Positions 52,762 to 64,000 of a stretch of 64,000 bases of DNA are shown here, in pieces (the first letter of the stretch is position 1; every line of letters begins with the position of its first letter). The stretch is from Eledone cirrhosa (taxonomy: Eukaryota), in assembly GCA_964016885.1 (NCBI GenBank), contig OZ024741.1:171678001-171742000 (forward strand). Reading direction: 5' to 3'. Both the position numbers and the translations under genes were made by a program. Below the pieces are notes generated by a model. That model was not told the DNA's origin. It did not search any database and saw only the letters and a list, made by a program, of their open reading frames with translations.

Positions 52762-53584
52762 CTAGCTGACGTACCCAGCTTCGCCCGGGTAAACAGATGA
52801 TTAGAGAAGACAGATAAAAGAGAAAATGACTGTATTGGATGTTTGTCTGGTTACAGTATGAGGTGAGGCCGTGGTGTCGGTGTGATACAAAAAACAGTAA
52901 AAAAAATATTCCAGATATACCAGATTCTTCGTTGTACCGTTTGTGCATTGTATATGAACAATTCTAGGTGCTCCCACTTAGAATAGTGACCTCTAGGAGA
53001 TGGTTCATCTTCTGCCTGACTGTAAAATGTGTATCATTGCATAGACGTGGTTGTTCCACGTTTCTCAAAAGGATGATGAAAGTTCCAACCTTTTATATTA
53101 TATGTAGATATAGATATAGATAATTAATATAAAAGAAGCCCGTCAATGTAAAAAAAGGTCCCTATTTACTCCCTTCACAACTCTGTGTATGTTAGACTGA
53201 CAGACAGGCACACAGACAGATAAACTGCGTGGCGATAGTGGGATGCCGCACGTACACACACATACACGAATGGAAACGCTCACACGCACGCAAACTTACA
53301 CACACGCACACACTCACACATGTTGATAGTTTTTACTTTCTGTGGAACGCTGCACGCGCGCACACACACATAAACATACGCGCACGTACATACTCACGCA
53401 CACATGTGAATAGTTATTTCTTTCCTTCCCCTCTCTCTCTCTCCCCTCTCACTCCCTCATTGGCATTATGCATATTAATTTAAGTTTGGCACTGTTGAGG
53501 TGGGCGGAGTCGTTTGAAACCTATGAACCAATGATAATCGAGAATTATGACGGAATACTGACATTGTTCAAATTCATATATAGA
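52762..53584 (-). mobile_element. Helitron derivative (composite) with helicase C-terminal remnant
   Basis: Minus 3' end cccgggcgaagctggg..gCTAG|t; remnant VGAPRIVHIQCTNGTTKNLVYLE; a|TCtatat starts near 53120 and 53584. Confidence 0.75.
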
Positions 53585-54364
53585 TATATATATATATAAA
53601 CCCATGCTAGTGTGGAAAAATGGGCATTAAAGGGTGATGACGAAATATATATATATATGTGTGTGTGTGTTTCTGTGTGTATATACATTCTCATCAAACT
53701 TGGGATAATGGATTTACCCAATATAATTACATATATTACACATAAAATAGATTCTTGATTGTTATTCTCATTTTACAATCCAAAATCTATTCAATTTACT
53801 TAGCTTCCAATTTACTATGTTAAAGCTGTCATTTCAGACAAGAATATCATGTGAATTTATAAATACTATTTTATCTCTAGCATTAAACTTCATCAATTTC
53901 ATTCGTAATCCTTCTTTTTTCTAAATTTCTATTCCTTTTATATTTATATCATATTGTATTATATTTGTTTCTGCCACTCTTTTGAATCTATGTGTATGCC
54001 GCTATTCTAATTTGTTCTTTTTAATATCTAAATCCAACTTAATCTTGTCGCTTTTATTCAGTTGGATATTCTTAGGGTGCTTTACAGAATTGTTGCAATG
54101 TATTTAAGAAATTCTGTAAATAACATCAAGCTATGCTTTATAGCTTCGAGAGAAGACTAAATTAACCCTATACCAGTGATAGATTGCAGTTCTGTTTCAT
54201 TCAGCTTTTCTATATTTGTTTACTTAAATAGTTTGTGTATTCGCTAGATTTGTCACTGTATTGCTTTTGCTCAGTATTGTATGACCTGAAAGACATTCCA
54301 ACCATGAACATCCTAACTGCGAAAATCAAAAAAGTTTTTAGTTGAAAAATAAAATTACAAAGAA

Positions 54365-55247
54365 TCAGTCCGGAGCCTTGTAGTTATGCAATAGGTGTTT
54401 GGCGACGTGTGGACAACGTGTCAACAATTCATTTCTCGTGTTTAGGCAATCACTATTGCGTAATCTCTTTAGAATAGTTATTCGTTCGTCAATACATAAG
54501 CCATACGTCGGATTTCCCCTTGCGTATGGCTTGAACTTAGTGATGGCTTTCCATTGAAGGGAGTAGTCTATACTTGAGTCCTTGAGCGACCATACGTGGC
54601 TCGCGAGTTTCGTGGATGAACGTCTGTCCGGGTACCTGAAGGTAGACTGGTGGTTCAGGAAATGTTCCTTAAATCGACCCTCCGCCATGCCCACATAGGA
54701 GTTGACCTCCTGTGGTTCGTTTGGTCGGTTGGAATTGACCACAGCTTCGTAAATTACAGCTGGTGTGTTGCATTGTTGTTGAAGGGGCAAGCTTCAGTCT
54801 TACGGAAAGAGCACCCTGGTGGAATGTTGCTCCTAGGGTTGCTGGTGACGTGGGCCTTCATGTTCTTAGCGCAGGAGTAGCCTAGTTTAACTTTGTGTCG
54901 GTTAAAGATGGAGCGGTATTTATGACCTATGGGAAAGTGTCTATCTAAGAGGGCTAGAAATTTTTTCCTACATTAGTTTTAACGTTGAGTGAGAAGGAGG
55001 AGAGAACCAAATAGTTTGTCTATTGTTGCGCTTAATTTTCCTAATGGTGTTGTTGCTAGTGGGAGAGTAAGTGATAGGTTGTGAGAAGCCGCTGTTAGCC
55101 AATGCCGTGTTATAGTAGGGTGCCGCCCTGTCAAAGATAGCCTTATTAGAGGAGAGGTTTGAGATTCTAGTACTGATATTCTTAACGAAGTTTCTAACAG
55201 TGGGAGGGTGGCATGAGTCCTTGTGAATGTAATTTAGTTTCTCGTAT
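54365..55247 (-). mobile_element. Penelope-like RT thumb plus GIY-YIG fragment, frameshifted
   Basis: YIHKDSCHPP, IWFSPP, VIYEA..SYVGMAE, FKEHFLNH, TKLASHVW, LCIDE, LNTRNELLTRCPH; begins at (TA)n. Confidence 0.88.
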
Positions 55248-55261
55248 ATATATATATATAA

Positions 55262-56170
55262 CATTCTGATTCACACTGACATACTGCCTTGCCATGTGAA
55301 ACATCTCACATCTCTGATTCCCACATCATAAGACACTGGAAAACCTTCTTTCAGCCTCTTTCCATACTATGTATACTTCTCATCTAAATTCTCTCTTACC
55401 TACCTGTTCCTGATCTCTACTACACCCACTTTTCCAGTCTTTTCATGTTTGGCTCTATTCACTCTATTGTTCTACGACCAGGTCACTTTTTTCTGGCTGG
55501 TACTTTCTATCAACTACAATTCTCATCAATATTTCACAGTAAGTTATTATGTAAGAATTTCCAATTATTTCTCCTGTCATATGAATCTAACTCATCTCTC
55601 TTTTCATCTTATAAATCCTGTAGAGCCTTTCTGAACTTGTGTTAAACAGAAAGATCTGTTAGCTTCCAAAGTCTTCATCTCCATAGTTTCATATATAGAT
55701 TTTCTGTTTTATGTTTCTTGTGATGTCACTAATAACCAACTTCTGTTGGGTGATGCATTTTTCTTCAGTAAAGGTCTTAGTATTTGTAACTATCTCTTTA
55801 TCTTGTTGCCTTACAAGTAAGAAGTCGATTTAGCTTGCTTGTTTACTTGATTGGTTGGTGATTAGGTGACTGACAGTTTTCTGGAAAGTTAGTGTTGCAA
55901 ATGGCTAGATCATTTGTATCACAGAATTCTAGTAAACTCACTCCACCTACATTTCTTGAGACTTAACCATATCTACTATGTACACCAAGGAATCCATCTT
56001 GGTGCTGCCCAACATATCCAATGAAGTTGCCCTGCCAAGATGATGAAGTCTCTGTCATCAGTAACAGAGGTTGTCTGTAAAAGTTCCTATAGAAACAGTC
56101 ATGCTTGTGGTGTAGAGGTAATGGTCAACATTCTATTGCTTACAATTATTCTAATTTTGATAGTTCTGTT
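55262..56170 (-). mobile_element. Decayed RTE APE-endonuclease/linker fragment
   Basis: GNFIGYVG..GFLGVH..LLEFCDTNDLAICNTNF on the minus strand with stops. Confidence 0.7.
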
Positions 56171-56184
56171 GCTTACTCTAACTA

Positions 56185-56737
56185 CCGAAATTCACGGGGC
56201 ATAAAATTAATTCATTGTAATGAACAATTTGTTTTAATGAGATCGACCGAAGCAAATTGAACGTTTGTTATTACCTCATATTTAAAAATTAAACAACAAA
56301 TGAATAAAAACATACCTGCAATATGACTGTATCATGCAAGAAAATATAAATATATGCAGTGTAACCCTGGCATTCGTGGTCACGGTTATTTGTGGATTTT
56401 TCCTTAGAACCTAACTAATAATTGTTTGTGGAAACCACGGCATATTCGCAGCATTGTAAATATCTTCCATGATCTTTTTATGGATTTTTCGTGGCAATAT
56501 ATATTTTTTCACGCTTTTTAACGCTAAATTATTAATAACAATATACTGTATTTGCCACCCTATATTTTACATTAAGTTTTCTTGTTTATATGATAAACTT
56601 GTGTAAAAAAAAAAACCTCAAGAATCTTTTAGTTATGTATTTTATGTTATAATAATAATTATATATATATGAAAAGATTCAGGACCCCGACGAGTGGTCT
56701 GGTAGGTTATGGTCCACCTTGTATCTTACCACACCCT

Positions 56738-56830
<93 letters not shown>

Positions 56831-57168
56831 CTGTGTGTGTGTATGTATTTATTAATGGTTGTGAATGTGTGTGTATTTCAGATATGTTCTTTTGAATAAT
56901 TTTCAAATAGCCTTCGCAGCTAGTAAACCCAACCCTAAAGGGACGCAACTCCAGCCAGGATCCCTGTGAGAAGGAGTGACGAAAACATTTTGGCTGCTTG
57001 GGGTTCAATTTTCGTTCGTTGTACTGAAATATTTGTTGTAATGAATTTTGTTATAACGAGATTCTTTTATCGTTGGTTTAATAAATTTGTGGCCAAGGAT
57101 TGAGCAAAAATTCGTTATACTGAACATTTCGTTATAATGGTGTTTGTTATAAAGGAATTTTACCTGTA
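56185..57168. mobile_element. pogo/Tigger-like MITE remnant with internal insertions
   Basis: Subrepeats ttcgttata/ttgttataa and end ggaattttacctgta, shared with the short copy at 42552-42638. Confidence 0.45.
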
Positions 57169-58623
57169 TATGTATATATGATGATAATGATGATGATGAA
57201 CCATAATATGCTAGGTTTATTCTTTAGCACCTGGTTTTTATGATAGCCTCATGTAAAGCCAAATGTTGTGAAATAGATTAGCCATAATGGAATGAATCTA
57301 ATTCAAATGACCAGCCTTGCTATATATTGTGTAATGTTGGTTCATCTGCCTGTTCATATGTCTGGAATACTCAGCCACTTACACTATAATTTAATGAGCA
57401 AATAGATCTGTTGATTGGACAACCAGATAAGTTTATTTCCTATATTTAATGAGCAAATAGATTACACTTCCAATATTCATAGCTTGGCTTTCAAAATGTT
57501 ATTTATTTAACATACAGTATATCTTTAGATATACAAAATTCACATACATATATGTACACAACTATGTTGAAGCTAAATTTTAATTTTTGTAAATTGTGCA
57601 TATACATGCACACATATATTTGCCTGTGTGTGTGCGTGTTTTTACATATGCATTAATGTTATTTCTAAATAATTTCTATGCTATTTCTCTTTGTTATTTC
57701 TATATTATCCTCATGTTATTTCTCTGTTATTCTTATGTATTACTATGTCATTGCTATGTTATTCCTATTATTTCTATGATATTTATGTTTGCTTATATTA
57801 TTTTGCAGTGAATCTTCTAGATATAAAAATGGTACCAATAGGAGGAATTCAAACATGTTTGACATTTGTGGATACCTTTAATATAGCAAATGGAATTTCA
57901 AACAGCAATCGGTAAGTAGAAATATCTGTCATTATTATAACCATGTGACTGGCAGTATCGGTAGAGAGTTCAAACGCCATGCTTTGACACATAGAGTTAC
58001 GGCCCTTGCCATTCTAAGTTAAAATCCCGCCGAGGTTAACTTTGCCTTTCATCCTTACAGGGTCGATAAAATAAAGTACCAGTAATACACTGGGTAATTG
58101 CTGGCCTTGTGCCAAAAGTAGAAACAATTATTATAACCATCATACCATAATGCAATTCTTCAATCCACTAGAAATAATAGTTGTATGTCCTCAAATCAAA
58201 CCCTGTAGACTTAGAAAAGGACATGTTGAATTAAAGTTCCAAATGATCATGGCTACATTACCGTTGATCATAAATCTGCTTGATCATGGCTGAGATCATT
58301 ATTTCAACCAATACTACTAGCTCCAGCATTAACACAATCAAAACTAACTTCATCACCTTCACCACAACCACAAATATCACTAACATCATGCCATCAACTC
58401 TATCAACATTTCTACAATTACAACTATCAATGCTACTGTCAATTGTCAATACAACTGCTGGTGGTTAGTTTTTGAGTATAGAAATAGCAGTTGGTATTTT
58501 GGTGGCTCACTATAATATTGTGCAAGATCATTTGTTGATGTTAAAACATAAACCTGATGAAACACCGTAGATAAACCTGTTGAAGACCTATCATTATCTC
58601 CCTTTCTCTCTCTATCTTTTTGT

Positions 58624-58666
<43 letters not shown>

Positions 58667-60175
58667 TCTTGCGCATTTTCTCTCTGTTTCTCTCACTGTG
58701 TTTTTCCCTATGTTTCTATCAGTATCTTTACCCCCTCACACAAACTAAATCACTTTCTCTCCTATTATGTCTTATTTTATCACTCAGCCATATCACTAAA
58801 TACAGATATACCTCAGAATAAAGTTACATGAGCTGATTAGCTAGGCAGTTGTATCTTTGCTGGCATTATGACATTAAAGTGTAAATTAAGGTAGAACTAG
58901 CAGCTATTTCTAACTGTTCTGGCAACCACATAGGCTCTCTCTCAAACATTTGCTGTGGCAATGTTCTGAGAATTCTTTTTATTTTATTTTTTTTTGCTTT
59001 TTAATAGGTTTGTCTGGAGAAAGGCAGAGATCAATACAATGTAGTTGATTCAATGAATTACATACAATCATATACTTCTAAGGTGAATCAACGCAGTTGT
59101 TTGAGCATCAGACTGAATGCTTTGCAGCATTTGTTCTGACTCTGTGCTCAGAATATTCAAATTTCTTCAAGGTCGACTTTGCTGTGGGTTTGGTAAAGAA
59201 AGTAGCAATCCAGGGTTTGGGAATGGCAGAAGTGTTACTGAATCAGAATAGTTAACTGGCAGCAATTGTTCTGACTATTTGTATTCTGAGATCAAAATCA
59301 TCAAAGTCCACTGAGTTGATGGTCATAGCTAATTAAGCAACTATCCAAACCGCAATTGATAAAATAAGCCTACTACCATCATAGATAATCTATCATCTGC
59401 ATGTTAAGCTTTTATCCTGCAGTGGATTGTTTGTCTATGCAGCAGGTAGCAACATCAGTAGCAACATCATCATCAGCAGCAGTAATATCCCAAGTATGGA
59501 AGCAAGATTCTATTGATATTCACTTAAGAAATTTAACAACACCTAATTAAACAAATAAACTACAATAACAGAACAATTGGAATTAAAATATATCAACACA
59601 ACTAACATAAAACACTCAAATATTGTTTCCATATGCAGAGACAAATATATACAAACATATACATGCAACAGTATATAAATACATACATACATATAAACAT
59701 GCATATAGATATACTTACATACATACAGACATACATATAAAAATTGCATGTATATATACTTACATACAGACATACATATAAACATGCATATAAATATACT
59801 TATACACACATACATAATTACATATTAGTTGTGAGTTCAATTCTCGGACCGGGTGATGTGTTGTTTCCTTGAGCAAGACACTTTATTTCACATTGCTCCA
59901 GTTTACTCAGCTGTAGAAATGAGATGATAGGACTAGAGTTCCTATAACACCACAGCAAAGTGGTCGTGGAGGTGCCACGGCAAAAAAAGCACCCAGCACT
60001 CACTGTAAATGAGGTTGGTGTTAGGAAGGGCATCCAGCTGTAGAAATCAAGCCAGAATCAGTTCCCGTATGAGCAAGAGAAGGTCAGCTGTCCGGACACT
60101 GCCCACAACAGAACAACCCATCTAACCCATGCTAGCGTGGAAGAACGAACGTAAAACGGTGATGATGATGATGAT

Positions 60176-60600
60176 ACATCATCATCACCATCATCATCAT
60201 TGTTTAACGTCTATCTTCCACGCTAGCATGGGTTTAGACGGGAATTGTCCCACATCAGGCAAGATTGGTTGTCTTGCTCGTATAGGACTGTCTGACAGGT
60301 TTTCTATGGCTGGATGCCCTTCCTAACACCAACCACATTTACAGTGTGGACTGGGAGGTTTTTACCATGTTACCTACACGGCCACATTACAGCGTGGACT
60401 GTGTGTTTTTTTTTGTTGTGACACCTACACGACCTCATTTATTTAGGACTGGATGTTGTGGTACCAACATAACTTTACAGAGAAAGGGTTGGTGTAGATG
60501 GGGGTGGGGGTAGGGGTAGTGGGATGGGGTGTATTTTTGGTTAAGAGGTGCCTACAGACTGTAGGTTTCGCTTTGTATTTAGGCAAGGCGGGTCTTCGGT
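60176..60600 (-). mobile_element. RTE 3' UTR fragment
   Basis: Closely matches 18607-19005; tail-to-tail with the SINE ending at 60174. Confidence 0.85.
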
Positions 60601-61109
60601 ATTATACATACATATATAAATTCAAACATAGACCAGAAATAGGAGATAGAAAAAAATAGAAGATAGAAATAGAAAATTGGATTTGGGGACAGTGGTCTGT
60701 TATCGGTATAACACCAAATTAGAAGGCTGTCCCGAAACAAATTATCTATTTTCAATCCTCTATTTTTCTATCTCCTATTTTCTGGTCTATGTTTCAACGT
60801 AATCCTTGTACATAATTCTGCAAATAACACCTGATGAAATTGCCTAGTCTTGCATCATAATCAAATGATAGAGCTGGGCCATCGAATATGGATAGTGCTT
60901 TCGAGAATTGAAATTCTAAAGTAAATTTTCCAGTCCAGCCTTCTGTTGTTGTTTTAATGAATACTTAACTCTATTTCTGCATCAGCCACTGGATACCACA
61001 TCTACGATGGATGATTTGCATAATGATGAGAGATTTAATTATTTTGTTGCATCATCATTTACCAACCCGAGCCACCAGTTCTACCTATTGGTAAACAGCC
61101 TAACATAAA

Positions 61110-61143
<34 letters not shown>

Positions 61144-61377
61144 GTTTCTACTTTTGGCACAAGGCCAGCAATTACCCAGTACATTTCTGGTACTTTATTT
61201 TATCGACCCCGTATATATATATATATAATAAGGAGTTGATGGACCCAGCATATTTATCAATGCCAGGACCAGTTGTATCTCAGCGTACTCAATGGGCAAT
61301 GTAAGAAACATTATACACAGAGTATACACATAGTTATTCGCTTCAATACAACACACGTAAAACGGGTGCCTATAATA

Positions 61378-61483
61378 GATCCCAGACTCGAGTTTTGGCC
61401 GCACTTAATGCAGCAGTAAAGTCCGTCTGCATATATTATGCAACAATGCACAATCGGCTTATGTGGCTTCATCAGTGGGTATC
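61378..61483 (-). ncRNA. Hammerhead motif with branched stem II, core GAAA mutated to AAAA
   Basis: Minus: ccca CTGATGA agccac...gtgcggcc AAAA ctcgag TC^ tggg; the change fits CpG decay. Confidence 0.6.
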
Positions 61484-62202
61484 ACCTAATCAATAACCAA
61501 TCTATCGACAGAATCCAAACCCCAGCTCATGCCGGTCATGACTGTTTGTGACAACCGACACGATAAAGCGATTAGCAACTGGCAACCCGATACGATTCTG
61601 TCTCTCGACTAGCCACCGACTTACAAACTTTACGTGGTGGCAGGAGAATAGAAAACCAATCTTTTCGTTCCCATTGAAAGCTCTCAGCCAATGTGTCTCA
61701 CACAAATTATTAAGAGGTGATAAGATGGTTATTAGAAATAGCATATATATATATATATATATAAGGGCCACCCTGGTGTATATATATATATCATCATTTC
61801 ATTTTACGTCCGCTTTTCTCTGCTTGCAAGGGTGGGACGTGAACTGATTCTGGCTTGATTTCTACAGCTGGATGCCCTTCCTAACACCAACCTCATTTAC
61901 AGTGAGTAAATGGGTGCTTTTTGGGGTGCTTTTTTGCCATGGCACCTACACATCTACTTTACAGTGTGGGTTGGGTGATTTTTTGCTGTGGCATCTCCAC
62001 ACCACTTTGCAGTGGAATGATAGGGACCCCAATCCTATCATCTCATTTCTACAGCTGAGTAAACTGGAGCAATGTGAAATAAAGTGTCTTGCTCAAGGAA
62101 ACAACACATCACCCGTTGTGAGAATTGAACTCACAACCTTTCGATTGCAATCCCAATGCTCGAACCACTAAGCCATGTGTATATATATATATATATATAC
62201 AC

Positions 62203-63174
62203 TAGGGTGGCCCTTATTTTTCATCTTTCTAAAACTTTAGCTCCCACCCTCCTATGTTGTTCCAATTAACAAACAACTAATCTATGCAAAACGTTAGCTC
62301 AAGCGTACAACTGCAAGGCGACCCTCATTGATCAGGAAATTTTGAAGTTTTCGCCCGGAAAGTCATTTTTATCTCTTAAATAAAAAACTTATTCAGACTT
62401 ATTCTTGGTATTAGAAGGATAAGTGACAATCTTAACTATAATAAAGAAAGGAGTGTAGGACTCCGTCCAAAATCTATTTTTTAACCCCGTTTGTAAAATA
62501 AGTTGGATTACTTTGAATAAATAATTGTTTCTACTTTTGGCACAAGGCCAGCAATTACCCAGTGCATTACTGGTACTTTATTTTATCGACCCCGTAAGGA
62601 TGAAAGGCAAAGTTAACCTCGGTGGGATTTGAACTCACGATGGCAATGAATGAATATTACATAATTTATGTGCTAAATTTCGTGGCTGTTGATTAAATAT
62701 ATTTTATAGCTTATTTAATGATTCACTTCTTTAAAATTTTCAGATGTCAACACTTCCGGTTAGCGGCCGTTATATTATAACACTTATAATCGTATATATT
62801 TCCCTCGCTAATTTTCTCTTAATGCAGTTTATATATAATATCGTCTTTTTTAAATGTATCATGGATAACTTTACTGATTACCTAAGACAGTGTAACACAG
62901 TCTTCGCTCAATTTCTGTGTATATTGTCAATTACGATTTTAGTTGATGTATCATATCTACATGCATATATACTTGCGTATAATATCAATATACACACTAC
63001 ACATGCTAGCAGAAAATCACCCGAAGGGTGGTATTTCTGCTAAAATATATAATGGGGAAAGCAGCTTGCAAAGCTGGGAACAGAGCGGAGGTATAGGGCA
63101 AACACCTATTTTTCGCCGTGGGAGCAGCAACATTTTAACTTTCTGAAAATTACCTATTGCTAAGGGCCACCCTA
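62203..63174. mobile_element. Non-autonomous TIR DNA transposon
   Basis: 14-bp TIR tagggtggccctta / taagggccacccta in TA-rich flanks; isolated extra end at 61762-61773; contains a SINE fragment. Confidence 0.75.
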
Positions 63175-63231
63175 ATATATATATATCCGTATGTGGTTGA
63201 CATCTGAGAAAAATGAGTACTCGGTATTGAG

Positions 63232-63283
<52 letters not shown>

Positions 63284-63376
63284 TAAAATAACAGATTAAA
63301 GTTTAAGCAAAGAATCGCTGCTTTTATCCTTATCGAGCTCTCTTTGGATTTTAGTCTTCAAATTTATTATTATTAC

Positions 63377-63407
<31 letters not shown>

Positions 63408-63409
63408 GT

Positions 63410-63548
<139 letters not shown>

Positions 63549-63609
63549 ATACTCTTCTTATCCTTGCTTTCATATTTCTCCTTGCTCCCCTTTTTTCATT
63601 GTATTTGTA

Positions 63610-63880
63610 CATAGATACAAGGAAAGTAAGGAGTAAAGGAGAGGAAGGAGCAAAGGAGAGCAAGGATAAAATGAGAACAAGGAGAGAAATGAGAAAAGGA
63701 AGGCAAGGACAGCAATGAAAAAAGGAGAGCAAGGATAAAATGAGAACAAGGACAACAAGGAGAGCAAAGAGGCAAGGAGAGCAGTGAGAAAAAGGAGAGC
63801 AAGGATAAAATGAGAACAAGGAGAGCAGTGTGAAAAGGGGAGCAAGGAGAGCAATGAGAAAAGGAGAGCAAGGAGAGGTT
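63610..63880. repeat. Purine-rich minisatellite
   Basis: ggagagcaaggataaaatgagaacaagga three times plus aaggagagc subunits. Confidence 0.85.
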
Positions 63881-64000
63881 AAGGCAAATATTGCTCAAGT
63901 TATGCTGCAAGCAGACAAAGTTGAACAAATCAACATTCTGCACCAAAATGAATTTTCTTCCTTTACAAACATCGAGTTTTCGTCTTTTGTAACACCTGGT

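Overview
AT-rich, microsatellite-dense eukaryotic DNA, read as intergenic or intronic. The SINE families and (TA)n/(CA)n/(GA)n/(CAT)n load suggest an octopus or other coleoid cephalopod (inference). I cannot support any host protein-coding exon; most ORF-track entries are microsatellite artefacts. Recognisable content is decayed transposons: an R4/Dong-like restriction-endonuclease LINE, several RTE LINE pieces (one with a long RT ORF), a CR1 3' end, two Penelope-like GIY-YIG fragments, two Gypsy-type LTR derivatives with tRNA-Trp primer sites, Helitron derivatives, MITEs and many copies of two tRNA-derived SINE families. Two signals stand out. First, about 8 well-formed and several degenerate type I hammerhead ribozyme motifs lie in small non-coding foldback elements inserted in (TA)n arrays, probably non-autonomous Penelope derivatives. 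Second, two independent LTR-derived elements are bounded by inverted copies of the same (U3) LTR end instead of direct LTRs, one with a clean 4-bp TSD. Coordinates were counted by eye and may be off by a few bases.
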